A DNA stretch of 64,000 nt from assembly GCA_964507045.1 (NCBI GenBank), contig CAZDOO010000001.1, forward strand, positions 1 through 64,000. The letters are read 5' to 3'. A program made the position numbers and the translations under genes. Shown in pieces: positions 22,064-32,310 of this stretch (position 1 is its first letter; each line of letters opens with the position of its first letter). Under the pieces are notes generated by a model. It ran no database searches. It was not told the origin of the DNA and saw nothing but the letters and a program-made list of their open reading frames with translations. Origin of the DNA: an uncultured Verrucomicrobiota bacterium. Lineage in GTDB: Bacteria; Verrucomicrobiota; Verrucomicrobiia; Limisphaerales; UBA8199.

Positions 22064-22228
22064 CGCCTGCCGCCCCCGCCGTCGTTTCAAGGTCCCGGCT
22101 TGGCGCGGGAGGCCGGCCTTTGGTAGGCTCACATCACAAATGGCCGGTCGCGATCTCCAACACGCAGGGCAGCGTTCCGGGCAGCCACTGCCGCTGGCTC
22201 CGTGGCGCTCCAGCAGCGTTCCGGCTCA

Positions 22229-23269
22229 ATGAGCGAGGCTCCGACAACTTCTGCCAATCCGGCCACCTGCCGCGAGGGCGGTCGGACGTGGCGCGTGCTT
22301 CGCCGGACGGCGCTGGCGTTTCTCTGGACGCTTTTGGGCTTGCTGACGCTCTGGGCGATGGCGGCGCTTTTCTTTGACACTAGAGTCTCCTGGTTGCGTC
22401 TGCCGCTGGCGGTGATCTACGGAGCGGGCATGCTCGCGGTGGTGATCTGGACGCGGCCTCGGCGGCGAGCGGCAGGCATCTGCGTCGGCGGATTTATGCT
22501 CGTGCTGGGATGGTGGCTCACCCTGGAGCCCTCCAACCAGCGTGATTGGCAGTCCGACGTGGCGGTGCTGCCTTACGCCGACATTGCCGGCAACCAGGTG
22601 ACCATTCACAACATTCGCAACTGCGATTACCGCACCGAGACCGACTTTGACGTGCGCCATTATGACCGGACGTTCAACCTGGATGACTTGCGCACGGTGG
22701 ATTTGTTTCTCGTCACCTGGGGTTCGCCGCACATTGCCCATACGATGATAAGCTTCGGCTTCCGCACGGGAGACTACGTGTGCTTCTCCATCGAGACCCG
22801 CAAGGAAAAGGGCGAAGCCTACTCAACGGTGAAAGGCTTCTTTCGCCAGTATGAACTGACCTACGTCATTGCGGACGAGCGCGACCTGGTGCGCCTGCGG
22901 ACTAATTATCGGCAGGGCGAGGAGGTCTATCTCTATCCTCTGCGGGCGACGCCCGCGCAGGGCCGCACCTTCCTGCTGGACTATCTCGCGCGCGCCAATG
23001 CTCTGCGGGAGCGGGCCGAGTGGTATAACGCTGCCACCGCCAATTGCACCACCGCCATCCGCACCCAGCGCGCCGCCGCCGACCGCCAGCCGTGGGACTG
23101 GCGGATGCTGATCAACGGCCACCTCGACGAACTGCTTTACGAGCGCGGGGCGATCGCGACCAATCTGCCCTTCGCAGAGTTGAAAAAGCAGGCTTGGGTC
23201 AATGCCCGGGCCCGCGCGGCAGACCAGGACCCTGCCTTCTCCCAACGTATCCGCCAAAGCTCGCCCTAA
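22229..23269 (+). CDS. DUF4105 (Lnb N-terminal periplasmic domain-like) membrane protein
   Basis: Two N-terminal TM helices. WQSDVAVLPYADIAGNQVTIHNIRNCDY resembles DUF4105. Confidence 0.6.
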   Translation: MSEAPTTSANPATCREGGRTWRVLRRTALAFLWTLLGLLTLWAMAALFFDTRVSWLRLPLAVIYGAGMLAVVIWTRPRRRAAGICVGGFMLVLGWWLTLEPSNQRDWQSDVAVLPYADIAGNQVTIHNIRNCDYRTETDFDVRHYDRTFNLDDLRTVDLFLVTWGSPHIAHTMISFGFRTGDYVCFSIETRKEKGEAYSTVKGFFRQYELTYVIADERDLVRLRTNYRQGEEVYLYPLRATPAQGRTFLLDYLARANALRERAEWYNAATANCTTAIRTQRAAADRQPWDWRMLINGHLDELLYERGAIATNLPFAELKKQAWVNARARAADQDPAFSQRIRQSSP

Positions 23270-23275
23270 CATCCT

Positions 23276-25213
23276 ATGACTACTCCTTCCTGGACCTTTC
23301 CGGCGGCGTTCTCCGGCGCCCGCCATATCGCCGCGGTTGCGGCGCTCCGCCGTTGCACGCACTTGGCGTACTGGCCGCTGCTAGCGCTGCTGCTCGCCGG
23401 CTGCACCAGCCCCATCGGCGCCACCAGGACCAGCTTGCGCGTCGCCTACCGCCAGTCGCAGGCCAGCGCGATAGAGGGCCGAGCAAGCAGGGAGTCGCTT
23501 CGTGTCCTGCACCGCTTTGACTTGGACGAGCAGTTTGCGTCTGACCCGGCTGGCGCCCTGCAGGTCCTGCACCAGAAGGCCTGCGAGGACAACCGCCGGG
23601 ATTTGGTGTTCGCCCTGGGCGAACTGAGCTTTCTGCACGCCGGCCGATTGGAGCACAGTGTAAAAGCCGGGGAACCGAAGCAGGGGCGTGACTACTACCT
23701 CGCCGCCGCCATCTACTCCTACCTCTACCTGTTTGGCGCCGGCGGCGAGCCGCCACCAAACCGCTTCGACGATCGCTTCCGCATCGCCTGCAACATCTAC
23801 AACGCCGGCCTGGCCAAAGGCCTCGGGTCTCCGGAACGCACCAATGCCGTGGTCCTGCTCGAGGACGGCTTGCGCCAGTTGCCGCCTGGGCGCGTCCAGG
23901 TCCGCTTGGACACCAATGCCTTCCCTTTTGCCCTGAATCGCTTCGAGACCTTCCTTTCGGCCGACCAGTTCCTGGTTCGTGGATTGACTTTGCGCGATCG
24001 CCAATCGGGGCTGGGCGCGCCCCTGATTGGCGTGGGCAAGCGTGAGGGGCCAGCCCCCTTTTCCCGGCGCGCCCCCGCCACGGTTTTCGGACGCCCGCAG
24101 GGGGACTTGAAGACCTGGACCGCGGGCCAACTCAGCCTGACCTTGGAGCTTTACTCCGCGTACGACAGCAACACCGTGAAGGTCGGCGATGCTGTCATCC
24201 CCTTGGAAACCGATCTGACCGTGCCCATGGCCCATGCCTTGAACCAGAGTTTCATCTGGAGCCTGGGCATGGGGCAGTTCTTCTCCTCCGTAGAACGCAT
24301 CAAGAGTGATGTCTATTTCACTCAACCCCACCAGGCGGGGCGCGTGCCGGTGGTGTTCGTGCACGGGACCTTCAGCAGTCCGGTCTGGTGGGCGGAGATG
24401 CTCAACACGTTGCGCGCAGACCCGGAGATCCGCCAGCGCTGCGAATTCTGGTTCTTTGTCTATAATAGCGGCAATCCCGCGCCTTACTCCGCCGTCAAAC
24501 TCCGGGAATGCCTCGCCGAGAAGGTCAAAGCGCTCGATCCGGAAGGCACCAACAGCGCGTTGCGGCAAATGGTGGTGATCGGCCATAGCCAGGGCGGACT
24601 GTTGACCAAACTCACCGCTACCGACACCGGGGACCGGCTCTGGCGTGCCGTGGGTGTTAGCAGTCTGGATGACGGCACGCTAACTGCCAAGCAACAGGAG
24701 GTGATCCGGCGCTACTGCGTTTACAAACCCTTGCCCTTCGTGAAGCGGGTCGTTTTCGTCAGCACCCCGCATCGCGGCAGCTACCTGGCTACCAGCTTCG
24801 TGCGCAGATTTGTCTCCCTGCCCGGCGCGCTTATCCAACACACCAGGGAGTTCGCCGGCCTGGCCGAAAAGCTCGACCTCCGGGAGCTGCAAGTCACCCG
24901 CACCAGCCTCGATAGCATGTCGCCTCGTAACAAAGGCCTTCTAGAGCTCGCGGAGATCCCCACCGGCCCCGGCATACCCTGCCACTCCATCATCGCCGTC
25001 CAGGGCAAGGGCGACTATCACCACGGCAAGGACGGCCTGGTCGCCTATTCAAGCGCGCACGTGGATTACGCCGCTTCCGAGTTCATCGTTCGCAGCCCCC
25101 ACTCCTGTCAGAGTCAGCCGCCGACCATCGAAGAAGTCCGGCGCATTCTGCTGGAACACCTCGGTGCTGTGCCTGATCCAACGCGGCCCTCAGCTCCGCC
25201 CCATCGGCGCTAA
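23276..25213 (+). CDS. lipoprotein with C-terminal alpha/beta-hydrolase (lipase/esterase-like) domain
   Basis: Lipobox LLALLLAGC. GHSQGG is the nucleophile elbow GxSxG. VVFVHGTFSS is the oxyanion region. Confidence 0.65.
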   Translation: MTTPSWTFPAAFSGARHIAAVAALRRCTHLAYWPLLALLLAGCTSPIGATRTSLRVAYRQSQASAIEGRASRESLRVLHRFDLDEQFASDPAGALQVLHQKACEDNRRDLVFALGELSFLHAGRLEHSVKAGEPKQGRDYYLAAAIYSYLYLFGAGGEPPPNRFDDRFRIACNIYNAGLAKGLGSPERTNAVVLLEDGLRQLPPGRVQVRLDTNAFPFALNRFETFLSADQFLVRGLTLRDRQSGLGAPLIGVGKREGPAPFSRRAPATVFGRPQGDLKTWTAGQLSLTLELYSAYDSNTVKVGDAVIPLETDLTVPMAHALNQSFIWSLGMGQFFSSVERIKSDVYFTQPHQAGRVPVVFVHGTFSSPVWWAEMLNTLRADPEIRQRCEFWFFVYNSGNPAPYSAVKLRECLAEKVKALDPEGTNSALRQMVVIGHSQGGLLTKLTATDTGDRLWRAVGVSSLDDGTLTAKQQEVIRRYCVYKPLPFVKRVVFVSTPHRGSYLATSFVRRFVSLPGALIQHTREFAGLAEKLDLRELQVTRTSLDSMSPRNKGLLELAEIPTGPGIPCHSIIAVQGKGDYHHGKDGLVAYSSAHVDYAASEFIVRSPHSCQSQPPTIEEVRRILLEHLGAVPDPTRPSAPPHRR

Positions 25214-25389
25214 CTTGGCCGCACGGGCGCACTCCGCTGCTTTACGTCAGCAGCCCGTTGAAAAACCGCCGGAACGCCGCGTGGGGGCACGCGGCCTACC
25301 GGATTTCCTCGGAATTCGATACGCATTGTAGGCCCAGTGTCCGCACCGGGCGGGTCTATTAACGGGCTGCCAGGGAAAACGCACTCAAG

Positions 25390-25515
25390 CCAATCCCTCC
25401 GTCCTACCTCCATCCCACCTCCATTATACCTCCATCCTACCTCCATTGTACCTCCATCCATAGACGGAGGTAGGATGGAGGTATAATGGAGGTAGGATGG
25501 AGGTGCAATGGAGGG
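25390..25515. repeat. intergenic long hairpin element B built from tacctccat 9-mers
   Basis: The left arm cctccgtcctacctccatcccacctccattatacctccatcctacctccattgtacctccatcca is complementary to the right arm acggaggtaggatggaggtataatggaggtaggatggaggtgcaatggaggg. Confidence 0.7.
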
Positions 25516-25611
25516 AGCAGCTTGAGGTGGCGACGGTAGCGGCTGCCGGTGCCGCGCGACCAGCCCATTCCAGCATTAGCTGCCGAGGCAACTACTGGTT
25601 GATGGCAGTGA

Positions 25612-25854
25612 TTAACGATAACGCCGCGTGGGGGCAGGCGGCCTGCAAACTTCGTGTAGGCCGCTTACCTCCACGCGGCAGGCCAGGTATTGCCTATTTG
25701 TGCACTCAAGCACTGGATTTTGCCCAGGGGAGGGGCAATGAAGAGGGAGCCCAGGTGAGCTTTGGCCCAGACTCAGCAGTTCAGTTCTCTCACAACTGAC
25801 ACAGTCGGCAACCCCCAAGTCCCCACGATACTCGAGCCGCAGCTTGCGCGACAT
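25612..25854 (-). pseudogene. possible remnant of an IS200-like transposase gene start
   Basis: The ORF begins MSRKLRLEYRG, matching MPRKLRLEYPG of the intact transposase at 28540, then diverges. Speculative. Confidence 0.3.
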
Positions 25855-26155
25855 GCTCCAGCCTTACCCGCACCTCTCGGAAGTGTAAATAGTGAGAACC
25901 GACACTTGCTCTTTTTTTACTGAAAGCGAACCGGGCGTGCTGGGATGAAATACACCCGTTAAACCACGGCCCTGGTTGACTAGGACAGCGCCACGAGGCG
26001 GGCAAGGCGTTTGGGTGTTTAGCGTGACGTAGGCGATCTTTCCTTCGCTTCGAGAAGGATTCGTAGCCGAGAAGCTGATCCAGCGACCACAAAATCGTTG
26101 GCACAGCTTGTGCCTTGGTTGGCGTGTGAGGTTCATTTTCGCCGCATTAACCGTG

Positions 26156-27562
26156 TCACTTCGGAAACGGGCGTTGCGTGTAGTAAATCGGCCACGGGGG
26201 TTGGTTCAATTTTCTCAAACCGGGAGAGATTTGCTGCAGATTCAACTGGCCTTGAGTGTATAGCAGATGAATGACCCCGTTCTGGAGAACGACCTGTGGT
26301 TCACCAGATGTGAGTCCGTCCTTTGCCGCATCGGTCACTTTGAGGATGCGCGACCACGTTTTACCACCGTCGTTGCTGGTGATGTAATAAATGTCGTTTG
26401 GATCATTTGCACTCTGCGCTTTCTTGCGGGCTTCGATTCCAGCCCACGCGATCACAACGTTCTGTCCTTCGACCGACATGCTGGGGGAATAAGCGTAGGT
26501 CAACCCTTTTGAAAGAACCACATCCTTGCTCCAACTGTTTTCTCCGTCCCTGCGATTGCAATAGGCGATCTCGTAATTTTCGCGGCGAGGTGCCTGCAAA
26601 TTCAAATTCCATTTCTCGCGTCGGCAATCCATCCAACACAAATGAACCGTGTCGTCCGCTGTCTTCGCGACATACCGGCCGCGTGCTCTCGCAAGGTTTC
26701 TTGTCACTGTCACAGGCGGGGTCCACGAGTTGCCGTCCACCGGCTTCTGAGAAGACCACACATCGTGTCCCTTTCCGTCGGCCAAGCTCATCCCGAAATA
26801 ATAATACTGCCCTCTGGTTCTACAGACTGAAGCGTAAGAGGTGTACGTCTGCGAGATGGACTGGACTTGCCAACTCTTTCCTGAATCAGGAGAATAAAAC
26901 ACTCCGTTGCTAAAAGGGCCATCTGTGACTCCATTGATTCCAAAGTACGTTAGTGCCCGAATACAATAGGCGATGTGAATGTCCAAACCGTGAGAATGTT
27001 CCATCAAAGGTGGTCCCAAAACCGGCCAGCGACGGCTTCCAGGTTCGTTTAATGTCACATTCTGCTCTGTTACTCCAAAGAACGTCTTTTTGGCTATACC
27101 CCATTTCCTTTCCGCTTCCATTCGAGCCTTACCGCTTGCGCTGAGACCGACTACGTACAGCTCCATTGAAAGTTGGTCATTCTCCATGGTCCCCTGTTGA
27201 AACAGTATCTTATCGCTGGATGCATCAAATCCGGGTTCATACCAAGTGGTGAGAGGAAACTTAGGAAGTGATACTTCCGACCAGGAACTACCATCTTGAT
27301 TCAGGAGGAAGCATTCTTGACCTTGTAATCTGATGGTCGTCGCGTTCCACTTGCGAAGGAGCACGCCTCCACTTAGTCCACTTTGACTTTCTGCCACTCT
27401 GTTTGCTGATGTCCAACCTTGGGCATTCCCCGCCCGCTTGCTACAACCAATCAACGTGCATATAATGCACGCAGGCAGCACGATTACCAAAGCGAGGCGA
27501 TCTTTAGTTCTCATTGAAGCCATCAATGGGGTCAGACCGTAGAAACGCCTGTTCGTGTTCAT
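26156..27562 (-). CDS. BNR/Asp-box repeat lipoprotein, sialidase-like beta-propeller
   Basis: Lipobox ICTLIGC. The Asp-box motifs SPDSGKSW and SNDGGKTW are present. The gene is about 50% GC against about 62% for its neighbours. Confidence 0.6.
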   Translation of the reverse strand: MNTNRRFYGLTPLMASMRTKDRLALVIVLPACIICTLIGCSKRAGNAQGWTSANRVAESQSGLSGGVLLRKWNATTIRLQGQECFLLNQDGSSWSEVSLPKFPLTTWYEPGFDASSDKILFQQGTMENDQLSMELYVVGLSASGKARMEAERKWGIAKKTFFGVTEQNVTLNEPGSRRWPVLGPPLMEHSHGLDIHIAYCIRALTYFGINGVTDGPFSNGVFYSPDSGKSWQVQSISQTYTSYASVCRTRGQYYYFGMSLADGKGHDVWSSQKPVDGNSWTPPVTVTRNLARARGRYVAKTADDTVHLCWMDCRREKWNLNLQAPRRENYEIAYCNRRDGENSWSKDVVLSKGLTYAYSPSMSVEGQNVVIAWAGIEARKKAQSANDPNDIYYITSNDGGKTWSRILKVTDAAKDGLTSGEPQVVLQNGVIHLLYTQGQLNLQQISPGLRKLNQPPWPIYYTQRPFPK

Positions 27563-27568
27563 GATTCT

Positions 27569-28540
27569 TCATGAGATATCCAGTTGAATCTGTGAAATGT
27601 CGGCTGCGCGGCCATTCATGTATTTGTGCAGGTTGGTTCTTGCGCCTTTGGGCTGCCCCAGATGCAAACGCTCAGCGATCTGCTTGACCGATAGGGTCGT
27701 CTCCTGCCGCAAACGTGCTGCCAGCGCCAGCTTCGCGGGGTGGCTCCTCTGCCGTGCCAACAGGTCTTTTTCGGCCCAGCCGAGCCGTGCCAGTTCTTCC
27801 GCAACAATTCGCTCGGCCTTGGTTTCCGCGGTTTCCAGCCTGATCTGGCCAGGATGGTTCTCGCCCACCTTGCCTTCCATCTGCTCCAAGCACTCCCGCC
27901 GGGAGACCTCGCTGCCGATGGACCAGGCTCGCCGAAACTCCTGCGGGGCTGCCTCGTCCACCTCGTCCAGCCGACCCCGCTCCATTTGGCGCTCAAACTC
28001 CTGCCGCCCCGCCGGCGTGTCCTGCTGGATCCCATGCTCGCCCAGCAGACGATCCACACGCAACCATCGCGGCCGATGCGCGGTGGCGGCCAAGTACGGC
28101 ACAAAGCTGCTCCAGGGCCAGGCCAGGAGCCGGTCTTCCGGCGCGAGCAACTTGGCGCGGATGGGGTTCAGGTGAACGTAATCGCATGCCTCCCGCAAAT
28201 AGCCGTTGCCGCTGCCCTCCACCAGTTGCGCCTTGTAACGACCGCTCAAGACGTGGCCGGTGAGCTGGTGGCGGTTGTTGAGGCGAATGGTATAGGTGCT
28301 CTGCAACCACGCCATGCCGGAAACCAGATTGGCGTTCGGAGTCTCAAGGACCAGATGATAGTGGTTGCGCATCAGGCAATACGCGTGCACTTGCCAGCCG
28401 GTCTTCTGGCACGCTTGGGCCAGCGTCTTGATGAAGTCGTGCCGGTCCACGTCGTCCAGGAAGATGTCCTCACGCTGGTCGCCACGGCTCATAACGTGAT
28501 ACATCGCACCGGGGTATTCAAGGCGCAGCTTCCGAGGCAT
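27569..28540 (-). CDS. IS200-like Y1 (HUH) transposase with C-terminal DnaA-C-like HTH domain
   Basis: MPRKLRLEYPGAMYHVMSRG and HAYCLMRNHYHLVLE are the HUH motif and Y1 region. The C-terminal part resembles a helix-turn-helix. Confidence 0.75.
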   Translation of the reverse strand: MPRKLRLEYPGAMYHVMSRGDQREDIFLDDVDRHDFIKTLAQACQKTGWQVHAYCLMRNHYHLVLETPNANLVSGMAWLQSTYTIRLNNRHQLTGHVLSGRYKAQLVEGSGNGYLREACDYVHLNPIRAKLLAPEDRLLAWPWSSFVPYLAATAHRPRWLRVDRLLGEHGIQQDTPAGRQEFERQMERGRLDEVDEAAPQEFRRAWSIGSEVSRRECLEQMEGKVGENHPGQIRLETAETKAERIVAEELARLGWAEKDLLARQRSHPAKLALAARLRQETTLSVKQIAERLHLGQPKGARTNLHKYMNGRAADISQIQLDIS

Positions 28541-28675
28541 GCTCGCCAGATACTCCGCCGGCGGGAGGCTGTCAACAGCAGAAAACCCCGCCAAACCAAG
28601 CGCCACCTCTTGACGGCTGCGTGCGTTTCTACGGTCTGACTCTATCGAGGTGTTTCAGCGAGAAAGGGCGGCGGG

Positions 28676-29800
28676 TCAGCGCAGGTGCTGGTCGAGGAAA
28701 CTGTAGGCGGCATCGCGCACCGCTGGGGGGAAGTCGTGTTCGCAATCGGGGTAGGCGGCTTGCAGCACCTTCGGCACGTGGTAAAGGCGATAGACAGCGG
28801 ACGCGGCAGTCAGGATGGTGTCCACGCTGGCTTGGCGGTAGTTGGCGTCACGAAGCGGGGCGTTGACAAACAGGGGCCGGGGAGCCAGGGCGGCAATGAG
28901 TTCGTAGAAGTCAAAGGGGATTTCGGCCAGCCGCCCGCGATAGCCGGCCAACCGCGGCATGTAACGTTCCTGACACCAGCCGCGCCCGGGCTGCCAATTC
29001 GTCGGATCACCGCCGTAGTAGTCGCGGAAGGAGTCGAAGCCGCAACTGGAAACGACAACGGCGATGCGGGGATCGAAGACAGCCGTGTAGATGGCGTTGT
29101 GTCCGCCCAGGGAATGGCCGATGGCGCCGTATTTCCCCTGCTGCACAAAAGGCAGCGTCTCCAGCAGGTCGAGCGCGCGCATGTTATCGCGGATGGCCTT
29201 CATGGTGCCGCTTTGATAGCCCAGGGCCTTGAGGTCGGGCTGGTAATCGGCCATGAGGGGATAGGCGGGGGCGATGACCACATAGCCGCGTTCGGCCAGA
29301 TCACGCGCGTAAGCGCGGTACTTGCCGCGCAGTTGCTCGACCAGGACGCGGTGCCCGTATTCCATGTCGGTGGGGTGCAAGGCCAGGATGCCCGGCAGCT
29401 TCTTCCGGCCCCCGAGGGCCTCGTTCGGCACTAACAGGTAAGCCGGCACCCGCGAGCCAGGTTCGGAAGCGTAGGTGACGAGGAGACGCGTGTAGGAGCC
29501 GCAATTGGTCTGCTGCCGGGTGCGAAGGTCGAAAGGGCACCACTTTTCCCGGCCCGGGAGCGGCCCCATTACATCCGTCATGCCGCGAACGATCTCAGCG
29601 CGGCGGCTTTGCCAATCGGCCTTGGACTTGACGGGAACGACCGCACCGGTGCGGTTGTGAAAGGCCAGCACGTTGGTGTGCGAGAGCGGCATGCGGACTG
29701 CAGGCGTCTCCGGCACACTCGATGTGCGGCAGGCCACGAAAAAGCCCAGCAAGAGGACGGTGGCAGCGACAGCCGGAAGGTGGACGGGCGTGGCTCTCAT
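28676..29800 (-). CDS. secreted alpha/beta-hydrolase, putative carbohydrate esterase
   Basis: Signal peptide MRATPVHLPAVAATVLLLGFFVAC. GHSLGG is a serine-hydrolase elbow. It is a paralog of the gene at 41088..42149. Confidence 0.65.
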   Translation of the reverse strand: MRATPVHLPAVAATVLLLGFFVACRTSSVPETPAVRMPLSHTNVLAFHNRTGAVVPVKSKADWQSRRAEIVRGMTDVMGPLPGREKWCPFDLRTRQQTNCGSYTRLLVTYASEPGSRVPAYLLVPNEALGGRKKLPGILALHPTDMEYGHRVLVEQLRGKYRAYARDLAERGYVVIAPAYPLMADYQPDLKALGYQSGTMKAIRDNMRALDLLETLPFVQQGKYGAIGHSLGGHNAIYTAVFDPRIAVVVSSCGFDSFRDYYGGDPTNWQPGRGWCQERYMPRLAGYRGRLAEIPFDFYELIAALAPRPLFVNAPLRDANYRQASVDTILTAASAVYRLYHVPKVLQAAYPDCEHDFPPAVRDAAYSFLDQHLR

Positions 29801-29814
29801 GAAGCTGGCATGAC

Positions 29815-32310
29815 CTATGGCGCTTCGTCCGGCCCTTCTACCTGCCACTCGTGGACGCCGGCGGCGAAGCCGGGAGGCAGTTGGACGACCAACCGCAGAG
29901 CCGTCGTCCTGACGGGCGAGAAACCCACCCCGCACCACTTGTCCCTGGCGACCGGGTAATTCTCCGCGCCGGAGACGGCCTTCCAGGCACCCCGATCCAG
30001 ATACTCGAGGCGCCACGAAGCCGGCAGCCGGCACGCGCCATGGCCGGTGTCGTCAAACCAATACACCCTGGCGCTGTTGACCTGCACGGGCGTCTTCCAG
30101 GTGTACTGGGCCCACTCCGAGGTGCCCGCATGCGGCCACCAGTGACAACAGGCTGCCGGCTGCTCCGCGCTGTTCTTCGGCTCCAGGCCGTCGTTGATGC
30201 CCTCCGGCTGGCAGTTGTTGTTGGCAAAGCTCACGCTGACCTGTGCCTGGGCCTCCAGGCCGCGGGCGGCGAGCGCCGGCGGCGAGGCGGGCAGCCACAC
30301 TTTCATCGGGCCAGCCTGCCGGTTATCCCATGCGTAGTAGGGGAGCGCCTTGAACGCGACGCGGCGGGAGGGTGCCGTCGGCTGATACAGTGTGCCGTCC
30401 CATTTCTGCGGGGAGACCGCGCAAGCTTGGCCGATGATGGTGACCATCCCGCCGAGCAGGCGCGGCTCCTGAGCGGCCTTCAGCTCGGCTTCCGGCGGCA
30501 GCCAGAGCGCGGCCAGCGGCTCACTCTGGTCGCATTGTTCCAGGCAATAGACGATCGGCCCGCGCTGAATGGCCAGCAGCCCGCGGTCGGCCTTCACGTT
30601 CGGATTGGCGGCGATGCGCTGGATCGGCATGGGGAGATCCAGTTCCACCCGGTCGCCGCGCTTCCATTCCCGGTCGAGCACCAGGTAGCCCCGCTGGAGG
30701 ATCATGGGCTGCACGGCGCGGCGGTTCACCCTGACCGTTGGGTTCGCGCACCAGCCGGGCACGCGCAGCCGCAGCGCGAACCGGGCCTGCGCGGCTGGCG
30801 CCACCTCCAACGCCATCTTGCCGCCCCACGGGTAGTCGGTCGTCACCTGCAAGCCCACCGCCGTTTCCCCCACCTTCGCCCGGGCGCCGCCCTGGATGTA
30901 GAGGTTGACGTAAAGCGAATCGGCGCTGGCAGCGTAAGCGTAGCCGCCCAGGGCGGCCAGGGTGCGCGTGACGTTCGGCGGGCAGCAGGCGCAGCCGAAC
31001 CACGGCGAGCGATGGTGCGTGCCGGCGCTTTCCAGCGGGTTGACGTAGAAGAACTTTGTGCCGTCCCGGGACACACCCGAGAGCACGCCGTTGTAAAGCG
31101 CCCGCTCCAGCGCGTCGGCGTAGCGCGACTCCCCGTAAAGCAGCGCCAGGCGATGCGCCCACTGCGCCAGCGCGATCGTGGCGCACGTCTCCTGGTAGGC
31201 GGTGAGGTTGGGCAAGTCATAGTCCACGGTAAAGCCCTCGTTATGGGCGCTGGGGCCGATGCCGCCGGTGAGGTATTGATTGCGCTCCGTGGTGTTCCGC
31301 CAGACGCGATCGAGCATGCCGAGCAGGCGCGCGTCGCCCGTCTGCGCGGCGACTTCGGTCGTGCCGGACATCAGGTAAGCCGCCCGCACGGCATGACCCT
31401 TGATGATCTGGTGGTCCCAGATCGGCACATCGTCCTGCCAATAGGAACCGTCATACTTGTCCAGCGGCGTATGGCGCTCGGTGGCAAAGAACTTCCGCCC
31501 GCGGTTCTCGACGAAGAACCGGGCGAGGTCGAAGTAGCGCGCGTTGCCCGTCGCCCGCCACAGCTTAACCAGCGCGAGCTCGATCTCCGGGTGCCCCGGG
31601 TAACCCAGCCGCTTGGGCGGCGGGCCGAACACCGAGTCAATGCAGTCCGCAAACCGGGTGGCGATGTCCAGGAAGCTGGTCTTGCCCGTGGCCTGGTAAT
31701 GCGCCACCGCCGCCTCGAACATGTGGCCCGCGCAGTAGAGCTCGTGCCAGTCGCGCAGGTTCGTCCACCGCTTGTCCGGCGCCTTGACTGTAAAGTGGCT
31801 GTTGAGATAGCCGTCCGGTTGCTGCGCGGCGGCGAGCAGGCGGATGATGTCGTCCAGTTGCCTCTCCAGGGCCGGGTCCGGATGCGTCGCCAGCGAGTAG
31901 GACGCCGCCTCCATCGCCTTGTAAAGGTCCGAGTCCATGAACACCGGCCCGCGATAGCCGTTGGTCGCGCCGCGGCCCGCCAGCCGCAGGTCTTCGAGGT
32001 TGCCCGCTTCCTCCAGCTGCTGGAGGCTGAAGGGGATGCTCGCCACCCGGTTCGTCTCCCGCCGCGGCGCCCAGAAGGCATCCTCGATCGTCACGTCCCG
32101 GAACGGCACGGGCTGAAGCTTCAGCAGCGTTTGCCCGGCAGCGGACGCAAGCGGCGCGCACCAGAGCATTCCAACGAGCAGTGCGGGCGCCCAGGCTCGG
32201 GTGCGCCTCGCCGAACTGCCCGCCCGGACAGCGTTGGCCGCGGCCCAGCCTCCGTCAGCGCGATTCCGCCGCAGTCGAACTATCCGGTATTCCGTCCACT
32301 CTGAGCGCAT
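29815..32310 (-). CDS. glycoside hydrolase family 127 (beta-L-arabinofuranosidase, DUF1680) with C-terminal discoidin-like domain
   Basis: FFYVNPLES...WFGCACCPPNVTRT is the GH127 Cys-rich signature. A C-terminal F5/8-type-C-like segment follows. Start chosen at MRSEW; the alternative is MLWCAPLASA at 32169. Confidence 0.8.
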   Translation of the reverse strand: MRSEWTEYRIVRLRRNRADGGWAAANAVRAGSSARRTRAWAPALLVGMLWCAPLASAAGQTLLKLQPVPFRDVTIEDAFWAPRRETNRVASIPFSLQQLEEAGNLEDLRLAGRGATNGYRGPVFMDSDLYKAMEAASYSLATHPDPALERQLDDIIRLLAAAQQPDGYLNSHFTVKAPDKRWTNLRDWHELYCAGHMFEAAVAHYQATGKTSFLDIATRFADCIDSVFGPPPKRLGYPGHPEIELALVKLWRATGNARYFDLARFFVENRGRKFFATERHTPLDKYDGSYWQDDVPIWDHQIIKGHAVRAAYLMSGTTEVAAQTGDARLLGMLDRVWRNTTERNQYLTGGIGPSAHNEGFTVDYDLPNLTAYQETCATIALAQWAHRLALLYGESRYADALERALYNGVLSGVSRDGTKFFYVNPLESAGTHHRSPWFGCACCPPNVTRTLAALGGYAYAASADSLYVNLYIQGGARAKVGETAVGLQVTTDYPWGGKMALEVAPAAQARFALRLRVPGWCANPTVRVNRRAVQPMILQRGYLVLDREWKRGDRVELDLPMPIQRIAANPNVKADRGLLAIQRGPIVYCLEQCDQSEPLAALWLPPEAELKAAQEPRLLGGMVTIIGQACAVSPQKWDGTLYQPTAPSRRVAFKALPYYAWDNRQAGPMKVWLPASPPALAARGLEAQAQVSVSFANNNCQPEGINDGLEPKNSAEQPAACCHWWPHAGTSEWAQYTWKTPVQVNSARVYWFDDTGHGACRLPASWRLEYLDRGAWKAVSGAENYPVARDKWCGVGFSPVRTTALRLVVQLPPGFAAGVHEWQVEGPDEAP

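Noticed and set aside
25497-25799. 100 aa ORF starting inside hairpin element B (MEVQWREQLEV...)
   Set aside because: The start codon and first residues come from the ggaggt repeats of the hairpin. There is no upstream context or motifs, so it is a translated repeat artefact.
29851-32304. 817 aa plus-strand ORF antisense to GH127
   Set aside because: Low-complexity Arg/Ala/Gly-rich product. The opposite strand encodes the signature-bearing GH127 protein.
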